Assembly: GCF_000092105.1 (NCBI RefSeq)
Contig: NC_014148.1
Coordinates: 4,890,001-4,922,000, forward strand
DNA length: 32,000 nt
From: Planctopirus limnophila DSM 3776
Lineage (GTDB): Bacteria > Planctomycetota > Planctomycetia > Planctomycetales > Planctomycetaceae
Direction of reading: 5' to 3'
Shown here: one piece after another, positions 17,048-25,196 of the stretch
How the letters are laid out: each line of letters opens with the position of its first letter
How positions within the stretch are numbered: the first letter of the stretch is position 1
Notes under the pieces: generated by a model
The model's input: only the letters and a program-made list of their open reading frames with translations
The model's database searches: none
Told to the model about the DNA's origin: nothing
Made by a program: the position numbers and the translations under genes

Positions 17048-18448
17048 ATGTACGATCAGATTGCTGCCAGATTCTCCCGACGGACGGTCCTTTCCTCGCT
17101 GGCAGGAAGTCTGGCGGGATTAACACTGGGGACAGGTCTTTCCCGCTGGGCAGGTGCCAATAGCGAGGTTCAGAACGCAGCGTCTGTCGTGGGAGAACCT
17201 CACTTTCCTCCCCGCGCGAAACGGGTCATTTTCCTGTTCATGCATGGCGGTGTCAGTCAGGTCGATACCTTCGATTACAAGCCCGAACTTTCCAAACTGG
17301 ATGGCAAAACGTTGCCCTTTCAGGCAGCAGCGAACATCGATGCCAAGCCGGTGTTGATGCAGTCTCCCTGGAAGTTCAACCAGTATGGAGAATCGGGGGC
17401 CTGGTGTTCGGAACTCTTCCCCCACATCGTCCAGCAGATCGACAGGCTGTGCATTATCAAGTCGATGCACAGCCGGGGGCAATCGCATGGTCAGGCGGTT
17501 TCGATGTTGCATACCGGAAGTGATAATCTGGTGCGGCCTTCTGTCGGTGCCTGGGTCTCTTATGGTCTGGGCTGCGAAAACGAGAATCTGCCCGCTTTTG
17601 TTTCAATTGGCCCTTCGGCAGGTCATGGCGGGCCACGCAATTATGGCGCTGCCTTTCTGCCTGCCATCCATCAGGCCACAACGATTGGCAGACAGGGCCG
17701 GCTGGGAAATGGACAGATTGATTTTCTGAGTCAGGCGACACCTGAGCAGCTCGAACTTGTGCGTGCCATTCAGAAGATCAGTCAGAAACATCTGGATCGT
17801 GTGGGCCCGGATCCTCAATTGCAGGGGGCGATTGAAACTTACGACCTCGCTTATCGAATGCAGGCCGCTGCACCGGATGTGCTCGATCTCTCGCATGAGA
17901 CGGAAGCAACGAAGGTGGCTTACGGGATAGGCGAAAAAGCGACCGACGAGTTTGGCAGACAATGCCTGCTGGCCCGTCGACTGGTGGAATCGGGTATTCG
18001 ATATGTGGAGTTATCCACAGGGAACGTCTGGGATCAGCATGGCGGGTTACGAGCGGGCCATGCCAAGAATTCGATGGCCGTCGATCAACCGATTGCAGCT
18101 CTGTTGAATGATCTTGATCAACGGGGATTGCTCGATGAGACACTTGTGGTGTGGGCGGGCGAGTTCGGTAGAACGCCGATCGTGCAGGGTAATGATGGAC
18201 GCGATCATAATCCGCAGGGGTTTACGGTCTGGCTGGCTGGTGGTGGTGTGAGAAGTGGATTCTCGTATGGCGAAACCGATGAGGTGGGCTATTTCGCTGC
18301 CCAAGATCGCGTGCATATGCACGATCTGCATGCCACGATGCTGCACCTTTTAGGGATCGACCATGAGCGGCTGACGTACAAATATGCGGGCCGCGACTTC
18401 CGACTGACCGATGTGCATGGGCGAGTCGTCAAGGAGATCCTGGTCTAG
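17048..18448 (+). CDS. DUF1501 (sulfatase-fold) protein with a TAT-type signal
   Basis: 466 aa. The N-terminus is [19 protein letters not shown]. Family motifs are [27 protein letters not shown] ... GRDHNP and the C-terminal RLTDVHG. It is the canonical partner gene downstream of DUF1549/DUF1553 proteins. Confidence 0.9.
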   Translation: MYDQIAARFSRRTVLSSLAGSLAGLTLGTGLSRWAGANSEVQNAASVVGEPHFPPRAKRVIFLFMHGGVSQVDTFDYKPELSKLDGKTLPFQAAANIDAKPVLMQSPWKFNQYGESGAWCSELFPHIVQQIDRLCIIKSMHSRGQSHGQAVSMLHTGSDNLVRPSVGAWVSYGLGCENENLPAFVSIGPSAGHGGPRNYGAAFLPAIHQATTIGRQGRLGNGQIDFLSQATPEQLELVRAIQKISQKHLDRVGPDPQLQGAIETYDLAYRMQAAAPDVLDLSHETEATKVAYGIGEKATDEFGRQCLLARRLVESGIRYVELSTGNVWDQHGGLRAGHAKNSMAVDQPIAALLNDLDQRGLLDETLVVWAGEFGRTPIVQGNDGRDHNPQGFTVWLAGGGVRSGFSYGETDEVGYFAAQDRVHMHDLHATMLHLLGIDHERLTYKYAGRDFRLTDVHGRVVKEILV

Positions 18449-18573
18449 TATCTATCCCAGAAATCAAATACGCGTAGAGAGTCGATCAAGCATGCTTGCT
18501 CCGAGCCGCAAGCATGGCACTAAGCCGGTGGTTGTGGTTGAGTCTTCAAACCCCCAGCAATATTCGGCATGAT

Positions 18574-18609
18574 CTGGGGGTTCGCGAAGACGCTCAACCC
18601 CAGCCACCC
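18574..18609 (+). repeat. Hairpin repeat, copy C
   Basis: Sequence is CTGGGGGTTCGCG-AAGA-CGCTCAACCCCAG-CCACCC. It keeps the same outer stem, G/A mismatch, AAGA loop and CCACCC tail. The inner stem pairs at 4 of 6 positions. It lies between convergent genes, 48 nt from the stop of 18657..19985. Confidence 0.75.
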
Positions 18610-18656
18610 CATAGAAGGGAGCGCAGTCGAATACTGGAATCCGTCTCAGTGGGCGG

Positions 18657-19985
18657 TCATTCATCCTGGTAGACTTTCGGGGCATAAAGAACCACTGGAT
18701 GAGCCGCACCGGGGAGCCATAACGTCAGGCCACCTTCTGGAGTATCGACGCGCACCACACCATCCGGGCAGGAATTGACGCTGGAGGCAAGGATCGCTTC
18801 TAAAGCCTGTACCGCTGCGACGACAGGCCGATCTGCACTCAGGCTCGAAAATGCTAACAAGTTGATCTCCTCCAATCGCGATGTTCGAGTGCCCGTCGAT
18901 CCGTATTCGATATAAGCCACTTCGCGGAAGAACCGCTCAATCGCTTCGATGCCATAACCTCTTTGAGTGCGCTCATTCCAGGGTTCAATGGCTTGACCGT
19001 TGTAATGTGTATTGATGGTGGTTTTGAGTTCATGCGGCGTGCGTCCTTCGACGGTCAGTTCAATACCTCGCTTGCGGGAATGGCCATTCCAGACGCCGTT
19101 ATCAAATCGGAACTGCACCTCCTGCTCGACATAACCGGGGAAGTTATCGGGCGTCACCCAGGAGGTATGGATATCAAAACTGGCAGTTCGCTGATCGGGA
19201 TAAGCGTAAGTGACGCGCAGTTGAGTGCTGTCCCAGGTTGGGCCGTCAATCGTGCCGGCTAATCCGCGCTGGCCGGTCGCACTGACTGAGACGAGTCGGC
19301 CACCAAAGGTGAAATCAATCAGCTTGAGATAATGGCACGCGACGTAAGTGCCTGGATTGCGGCCATGATTCCAGGTGGCAAACTGCCCCATGCCCACTGA
19401 CTTCGGTTCTAACAGCGAGCAATAGCCATGATTGACGTGCGATAGAACTCCATCGACCACCAGTGTTCGGAGACGCTTATGGTCGGGGTCGAACAGTTTG
19501 TGATAGACGACTCGCACGAGTCGCTGGTGATGCTGTGCCAGACGATGCAGTTCATCGAGTTCGCTCAATGAAAGCACTGATGGTTTCTCAATCAGCACGT
19601 GCTTACCGGCGATTAAGGCGAGCCGGGCAGCATTGAAATGTCGATCATCAGGTGTCGCAATACAAACGGCATCGAGTGCAGCCCCTGTCGAGCTTTGCAA
19701 CAGCCTTTGCAGGCCCTGCTCGCCCGTTTCATTGGTAAAGGTTGCTAAATGATGCGGTGCCTGAGCCCGGTAGGCTTCGGCCCTGCGACCTGTGAGGCTG
19801 ACAACAGCTGCCAGTTCGCAAGTGATGACACCGACATCGGGTGAGTAGAACCCTCGCTGACCGGCTTGTTCGAAAAATGGCCGATAGGTCTCGTCGAAGA
19901 TCATGCCGAAACCCACCATCCCGGCCCGCAGTGGAACATCGGGACGACGACTCTCCAGAATTTCTGAGTGGAGCGAGTGACTCAT
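18657..19985 (-). CDS. Gfo/Idh/MocA-family NAD(P)-dependent oxidoreductase (cytoplasmic)
   Basis: 442 aa. The N-terminal Rossmann strand is LRAGMVGFGMIF. The family EKP motif is present (HVLIEKPSV). The C-terminal alpha/beta domain has typical length. Confidence 0.8.
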   Translation of the reverse strand: MSHSLHSEILESRRPDVPLRAGMVGFGMIFDETYRPFFEQAGQRGFYSPDVGVITCELAAVVSLTGRRAEAYRAQAPHHLATFTNETGEQGLQRLLQSSTGAALDAVCIATPDDRHFNAARLALIAGKHVLIEKPSVLSLSELDELHRLAQHHQRLVRVVYHKLFDPDHKRLRTLVVDGVLSHVNHGYCSLLEPKSVGMGQFATWNHGRNPGTYVACHYLKLIDFTFGGRLVSVSATGQRGLAGTIDGPTWDSTQLRVTYAYPDQRTASFDIHTSWVTPDNFPGYVEQEVQFRFDNGVWNGHSRKRGIELTVEGRTPHELKTTINTHYNGQAIEPWNERTQRGYGIEAIERFFREVAYIEYGSTGTRTSRLEEINLLAFSSLSADRPVVAAVQALEAILASSVNSCPDGVVRVDTPEGGLTLWLPGAAHPVVLYAPKVYQDE

Positions 19986-20204
19986 CGGCAGAGAACTTCC
20001 TTACGAGAATGGTTTCGAGAGTGAGGGTTGTCGGATCAAACATTTATGATTTTGCATCATGGCCCATGGAAGTGAACTCTGGAAGTGGCCCGGTCTTCGT
20101 GGGATGATCAAATCATCGAGATTCCTCGATTTTCCTCATCAGCTCTCGATCACGAATCTATCAACATCCTGAAATCGACATCACTTGAGAAAGATGAGTG
20201 CCTC

Positions 20205-21593
20205 ATGGATCGACGTGACTTTCTGAGTTCGACCACAACCGCAGGCCTGCTGGGTTCCACGACACTTTGGATCGATCCGGCTCGAGGAGAGTTGCCCTCA
20301 TCCTTGCAGGATTCTTCTGCTGTACCGAAGAAGAAACGTCGCGTGGCAGCCATTGGTGTGGGCTGGTACGGCAAATGTGATCTGTTGCGATTGATGCAGG
20401 TGGAGCCAGTTGATGTCGTCGCTCTCTGTGATGTCGATTCGCAGATGCTGGCGAATGCCGCCGAGTTGATGACCTCGCGTGGAAAGCTCGAAAAGCCACC
20501 GGCACTTTACAGTGATTATCGGCAGTTGCTGGCTGAGGCCAAGCCCGACATTGTGCTGATTGCGACGCCGGATCACTGGCATGCCTTGACGATGATTGCG
20601 GCTGTCGAAGCGGGTGCCGATGTCTATGTTCAGAAGCCGACGAGTGTCGATATTGCCGAGAGCCAGTCGATGCTGGCGGCTACCCGGAAGCACGGGCGCG
20701 TGGTGCAGGTGGGGACACAGCGTCGCAGTACGCCTCATATTGCCGAGGCCAAGCAGAAGTTCATCGATACGGGCATGCTGGGAAAAATCGGCCTCGTCGA
20801 GGTCTATTGCTATTACCACATGCGGGCTAAAGACAATCCGCCGATCACAGAGCCGCCACAAAACCTCGATTATGAAATGTGGGCAGGCCCGGCACCCAAA
20901 CGGCCTTATTCGACACTCATTCATCCCCGCAGATGGCGGGCCTTTACCGAGTATGGCAATGGAATCATGGGGGACATGTGCATTCACATGCTCGATACTG
21001 CCCGGTTTATGCTGGGGTTGGGCTGGCCCCAAGCGGTTTCATCCGTCGGTGGGATCTATGTGGATCGCCAGAGCCAGGCCAACATTCCCGATACACAGAC
21101 TGCGACATTCGATTTCGGCGATCTGGATGTAGTCTGGCAACATCGCAGTTACGGCTCGACACCCGACCCGAAGTATCCGTGGGGAGTAACGATTTATGGC
21201 GACAAAGGAACTCTCAAAGTCAGCGTCATGAGCTACGACTTCATACCTCAGGGAAGAGGCGAAGCTGTTCATAAAGATGTCACCTACGAACTCGAAGAGT
21301 ATCCCGAAGACAAGACCGAGAAGGATCTCGAAAAGCATGTGGCACCGGCGATTCGTGCTCACATGCGGAACTTTCTCAAGGCGATCGATGAGCGATCAAA
21401 GCCCATTGCCGACATTGAGGAAGGGCATATCTCGACCGTGAGTTGCCTGCTGGCAAATCTTTCGCTGGAGTTAGGCCGCACACTCCGTTGGGATGCAGTG
21501 AACGGGCTGGTTGTCGATGATGCCGAAGCCAACAGCCGCCTGGCCAGGCCTTATCGTGCGCCATGGGTGCATCCTGGCGTGAAGCTGAGTTGA
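20205..21593 (+). CDS. TAT-exported Gfo/Idh/MocA-family oxidoreductase
   Basis: The ORF is open from 20085, but the Met at 20205 begins a twin-arginine signal, MDRRDFLSSTTTAGLLGS. The Rossmann strand is RVAAIGVGWYGKCDL. Other motifs are ATPDHWH and VYVQKPTS. Confidence 0.85.
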   Translation: MDRRDFLSSTTTAGLLGSTTLWIDPARGELPSSLQDSSAVPKKKRRVAAIGVGWYGKCDLLRLMQVEPVDVVALCDVDSQMLANAAELMTSRGKLEKPPALYSDYRQLLAEAKPDIVLIATPDHWHALTMIAAVEAGADVYVQKPTSVDIAESQSMLAATRKHGRVVQVGTQRRSTPHIAEAKQKFIDTGMLGKIGLVEVYCYYHMRAKDNPPITEPPQNLDYEMWAGPAPKRPYSTLIHPRRWRAFTEYGNGIMGDMCIHMLDTARFMLGLGWPQAVSSVGGIYVDRQSQANIPDTQTATFDFGDLDVVWQHRSYGSTPDPKYPWGVTIYGDKGTLKVSVMSYDFIPQGRGEAVHKDVTYELEEYPEDKTEKDLEKHVAPAIRAHMRNFLKAIDERSKPIADIEEGHISTVSCLLANLSLELGRTLRWDAVNGLVVDDAEANSRLARPYRAPWVHPGVKLS

Positions 21594-21631
21594 ATGACCC
21601 ACAGATCAATGACCTGCAGCTTGTTAAAAAA

Positions 21632-21668
21632 GGAGCCCCGCTTCTCCGGAGTGGAGAAGCGGGGCTCC
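21632..21668. terminator. Bidirectional rho-independent terminator
   Basis: Perfect 16-bp stem GGAGCCCCGCTTCTCC / GGAGAAGCGGGGCTCC with a 5-nt loop. It is flanked by AAAAAA on the 5' side and TTT on the 3' side, and lies between convergent genes. Confidence 0.85.
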
Positions 21669-21723
21669 TTTGAGAACGATAGTGAATATCGAGCCGATAT
21701 TCCGGAATCACCCGTAAACCGGG

Positions 21724-22890
21724 TTAGCAGCCTTCAGCGGCCGAGCGATTTTGTGGAATGCGATCATCGATATCGTAAGCCATGCCAATGGCTCTCAGGG
21801 CCTTGATCGACCACCAGGTGATATCGAATTCCCACCACTTGTGGCCGGCAGGAGCGACGTTGGGGTGAGCGTGATGATTGTTATGCCAGCCTTCACCATA
21901 GGCGAAAATGGCAACCCACCAGAGGTTCTTGGAGGCATCGCGAGTGTCGTAGTTGCGGTAACCCCACAGGTGTGTGGCGGAGTTCACGAACCAGGTACCG
22001 TGATAAACGAGTGTCATACGGAGGCACAGACCCCAGAGCATGACAGACAGACCGGTGTACCAGTCGAGGCCACCCGCCAGAAAACCGATGCCGAAGAAGA
22101 ATGCTCCTGAACCAATGAGGATGAGCCCATAGTAGCGTTCGAAGAACTGGAGCATGGGGTCCTTGATCAGATCAGGGACATAGCGGCGCATGACCATGGC
22201 CTTAGCTTCTGGTGAGCGGCGGACAAACAACCAGGCAATGTGCGACCACCACTGTCCATCGAATGGCGAGTGAGGATCACCTTCGTGATCAGACCGCTGA
22301 TGGTGCAGGCGATGAGTGGCTGTCCAGAACAGAGGCGAGCCTTCGCCGGAAAGGACTCCGCAGAGTGTGCAGAGGAAACGGAATGGCTGACGCAACCGCA
22401 GCGAGCGATGTGACAGACAGCGGTGATAAGCCAGGCAAATGCCAATGCTTCCCGTGAGCCAGTGCATGACCAGGAAGACACCCAGCGCTGTCCAGGTAAA
22501 GAAAAATGGAGCAGCGATGGCACCGGCATGCATCAGCACGAGCCAGCCGACCACGGGCCAGTCAATGTTATCCCAGCGAAGCTGCCTGGGGCTGTACGAT
22601 TCGTACATTGTTGTCAGCGCTGGATTGTTTTCGCCGACCACTCGCACTGAACTGGCACGAGAAGCCCGGACACGATCTTCGATGGTGAGCTGAGGAGCAA
22701 CCAGTGTGTCAGCCACCAGCTGGCTGGGTGCAGCATCCAGGGGAGCAGCGTCGAGAGGTGCTGTATCCAATGGTGCAGCATCAACAGCCGAGCATTCAGC
22801 AGACTGAGCTGGTTCTGTATGGTTGAGGTGATCAGTCACCGCAGATTCGTTGGGAGCAGGTGGGACGAGCGAGGTAGGGGACATATCCAA
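21724..22890 (-). CDS. Membrane fatty-acid (acyl-CoA/acyl-lipid, delta-9-like) desaturase
   Basis: 388 aa with three His boxes in canonical order (HRCLSH, HRLHHQRSD, HNNHHAHP). Hydrophobic helices lie between the boxes. The N-terminal 100 aa are a low-complexity extension. Confidence 0.88.
   Translation of the reverse strand: MDMSPTSLVPPAPNESAVTDHLNHTEPAQSAECSAVDAAPLDTAPLDAAPLDAAPSQLVADTLVAPQLTIEDRVRASRASSVRVVGENNPALTTMYESYSPRQLRWDNIDWPVVGWLVLMHAGAIAAPFFFTWTALGVFLVMHWLTGSIGICLAYHRCLSHRSLRLRQPFRFLCTLCGVLSGEGSPLFWTATHRLHHQRSDHEGDPHSPFDGQWWSHIAWLFVRRSPEAKAMVMRRYVPDLIKDPMLQFFERYYGLILIGSGAFFFGIGFLAGGLDWYTGLSVMLWGLCLRMTLVYHGTWFVNSATHLWGYRNYDTRDASKNLWWVAIFAYGEGWHNNHHAHPNVAPAGHKWWEFDITWWSIKALRAIGMAYDIDDRIPQNRSAAEGC
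22726..22782 (-). repeat. Imperfect 15-bp tandem repeat encoding (D-A/T-A-P-L) x4 in the desaturase N-terminus
   Basis: The peptide is DAAPLDTAPLDAAPLDAAP. The DNA units differ mostly at synonymous positions (GGGTGCAGCATCCAG / GGGAGCAGCGTCGAG / AGGTGCTGTATCCAA / TGGTGCAGCATC). Confidence 0.7.
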
Positions 22891-22966
22891 ATTCCCGATG
22901 TTTTTCGTGCATGGCCTGGCGAAATTGCCAAGTTTCAGTCTTATACATGAATCATCGGGATTGGTG

Positions 22967-23004
22967 TGTCAGGTGAGTGTCAAGCTTTTGTCAAACTTCT
23001 GTCA
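22967..23004 (+). promoter_or_regulatory. Four TGTCA direct repeats at exact 11-bp spacing (Pho-box-like response-regulator site)
   Basis: The sequence reads TGTCA-GGTGAG-TGTCA-AGCTTT-TGTCA-AACTTC-TGTCA, with repeat starts at 22967, 22978, 22989 and 23000. It lies 77-114 bp upstream of the desaturase ATG, and the last unit overlaps the response-regulator stop codon. Confidence 0.6.
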
Positions 23005-23796
23005 TTCCGCAACCTCTTCATCAGTAACATCTTGCGACGAAGGGAATGGAAGAAACCGATATCCGGTCCCACGAACCGAGAGAATATGCACCGGTTTTGA
23101 AGGATCGGGTTCAATCAGTTTTCGAAGCCTCAACACAAAATTATCGATAGTGCGTGTGGTGACTTCGGCATGTTCATCCCACACATGATTGAGAATTCTG
23201 GTGCGTGAAAGGACTTCGCCCTGATGCTCAATAAAGTATTTCAGCAATTCGAGTTCCAGCGTGGTCAGGCTATGCACACGCTCACCGACAGAGACCTGGA
23301 ATGTCTGAAAATTGACGATTACCCGGCCAAACTGAAATCTGCCAGGAGATGAGCCCGGAGTCGAACTGGTTTGCTCAGCAGCAGGTGCAGGCTCAACCGG
23401 GACTGGTGGAGTGGATGACCGAATCGACTGATGACGATGAATCAGGCTTTTCACCCGGCTCAAAATCTCGCGCAGGGCGAAGGGTTTGGTCATATACTGA
23501 TCACCACCCAGATCGAACGCGAGAATCTTGTCTTCACTCAGTGTCCGGGCGGAGAGTACCAAGACAGGCGTCATCACAAGTTTCTGGCGAAGTTCGCGCA
23601 AGACCTCGTAGCCTGAAAGTCCCGGGAGCATCAAATCGAGCACAATCAGGGCGAATTCTTCAGTATCCGTCTGTGAGACAGCAGCCAGAGCCTCGTGACC
23701 ATCGGTCGCGACGACAACTTCATAACCTTCCTGCTCGAAGTTGAATTTCAGACCTTCGGCAATCGCTTCTTCATCTTCAACGACGAGAATTCTCAT
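23002..23796 (-). CDS. OmpR/PhoB-family response regulator
   Basis: The ORF is open to 23898, but MRILVVEDEEAIAEGL at 23796 is the canonical receiver start and overlaps the kinase stop codon (ATGA). The receiver has LIVLDLMLPG, and the C-terminal winged helix ends in VRGTGYRF. The Pro/Ser-rich interdomain linker is unusually long, about 35 aa. Confidence 0.9.
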   Translation of the reverse strand: MRILVVEDEEAIAEGLKFNFEQEGYEVVVATDGHEALAAVSQTDTEEFALIVLDLMLPGLSGYEVLRELRQKLVMTPVLVLSARTLSEDKILAFDLGGDQYMTKPFALREILSRVKSLIHRHQSIRSSTPPVPVEPAPAAEQTSSTPGSSPGRFQFGRVIVNFQTFQVSVGERVHSLTTLELELLKYFIEHQGEVLSRTRILNHVWDEHAEVTTRTIDNFVLRLRKLIEPDPSKPVHILSVRGTGYRFLPFPSSQDVTDEEVAE

Positions 23797-24761
23797 ATGA
23801 TGACCCGTCCTGGAAGGATCAATTCGAAGGTGGTGCCCGTTTCCAGAGGTTTGCCTTCCAGATCTTTCAGCCCGGAACGCACACTGGAAAGGCTCCAAGA
23901 GTGATTATTGACTGGGTGAACGTGAATTCTTCCATTCAACTGCCGGACTAATGTCTGAACAATATACAGACCCAGCCCTGTCCCTTTGGTTCGTCTCTGC
24001 AGTTCGTTACCCGCACGGTAGAACATTTGAAAAATCCGCTTGCGATCTTCGGGGGCGACGCCCGCTCCGTTGTCGGTCACGCGGATCACGATCCGGGCAT
24101 GATCCACCGCACGAACTTCGACAAAGATCAGCGGAGGATGTCCACCATACTTGATGGCATTGTCGAAGAGATTCCGAAATATGGTTTCTACGACAATTTG
24201 AGGTGCTCGAAGGACTGCTGTATCAAGATCAAATTGGAAAATCTCCGTGACTTCTTTGCGGTAATGCCCTGCCACCTCATGAGCGACAGATCGTAAAAGT
24301 GTATCGAGAATCAAGTCGGTGGAAGCGGCCTGAGTCCCCGTCGCATTGAGCCGTCCGACATCGAGCAGTTGTGTAATGAGATGATCCAGTCGCTCGAGTT
24401 CGCGTTCCATGGTGGCATAAAACTTCTGCCTCTGATCATCGGAAAGACTGCGCAGACTCAAGGTTTCCAGATGCAGACTGAGTGAAGCAATGGGTGATTT
24501 CAGTTCATGAGTGACGGCATCGACAAAATTGGCCTGCCTTTGATTGAGCCTGACTTCTTTGATCATGAGCACCATGTAGATGGAAAGGCCGGTGAGTATC
24601 AGCGTGAAAACCACCACGCCCAGCACGAGTGCTGCCCACCATGTGTTCTGGGCGAACAGCACAATCCATACAACCATTAAAGTTACGTTCAGCACGATCA
24701 GAGTCACGCTGAGTGTAATCGGCAGGTGCAGCGTGCGACGTTTTCGAAAGAGGGCACTCAT
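23793..24761 (-). CDS. Sensor histidine kinase with two TM helices, a minimal external loop and no HAMP or PAS domain
   Basis: 322 aa. TM1 and TM2 are separated by about 6 residues (AQNTWW). The H-box FVDAVTHELKSPI begins about 12 aa after TM2. The N box is FRNLFDNAIKYG, G1 is DNGAGV and G2 is GTGLGL. Confidence 0.88.
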   Translation of the reverse strand: MSALFRKRRTLHLPITLSVTLIVLNVTLMVVWIVLFAQNTWWAALVLGVVVFTLILTGLSIYMVLMIKEVRLNQRQANFVDAVTHELKSPIASLSLHLETLSLRSLSDDQRQKFYATMERELERLDHLITQLLDVGRLNATGTQAASTDLILDTLLRSVAHEVAGHYRKEVTEIFQFDLDTAVLRAPQIVVETIFRNLFDNAIKYGGHPPLIFVEVRAVDHARIVIRVTDNGAGVAPEDRKRIFQMFYRAGNELQRRTKGTGLGLYIVQTLVRQLNGRIHVHPVNNHSWSLSSVRSGLKDLEGKPLETGTTFELILPGRVII

Positions 24762-25196
24762 AAATCTTAACTTCTGAGAGGCAATCGCCGGGCGGCCTGA
24801 TCAAACGGATTCGTTGATCCAACAGTACAAAATGGATTTTTCCAACAGTGAATTACGAGACTCGGCGGTCAATCTTTCTATTGTTTCATCAAACAGTGGC
24901 ATTTTGAACCCATGTTCGCCCCTTTTGCCATTCGATGAAAATAATGATCTGCATGCTCTCTGGTACGATTAAAGGTTTCTCACTGCGGCAGCATTTCAGG
25001 AGAGAAGTTTGACAATGGCAGGAATGGAACTAGGGTTCCTGCAGTGCTTGAGTTGTTAGCGCGGTGAATTCTGGTGGCAATTGGGAAACCTGAATCTCAT
25101 CGGACGGACGATCACTGGTTCCATCTGTTGATATTGGTCGAAACGACGTCCAGACCATCAGGTGGCATCGCTTTTTGAGATATTGCGGTACTGTAA

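Noticed and set aside
23002-24761. Naming the two-component system PhoR/PhoB because of the Pho-box-like TGTCA array.
   Set aside because: The kinase lacks the PAS/charged-region architecture of PhoR, being only two TM helices followed directly by DHp. No pst or pho genes are nearby. The adjacent target is a desaturase. Only the family-level call (OmpR/PhoB-type) is justified.
24831-24974. 47-aa plus-strand ORF (MDFSNSELRDSAVNLSIVSSNSGILNPCSPLLPFDENNDLHALWYD) in the 435-bp divergent spacer between the kinase and the GGDEF gene.
   Set aside because: It is short and low in complexity, with no supporting signal. The region is more plausibly promoter or 5'-UTR sequence.
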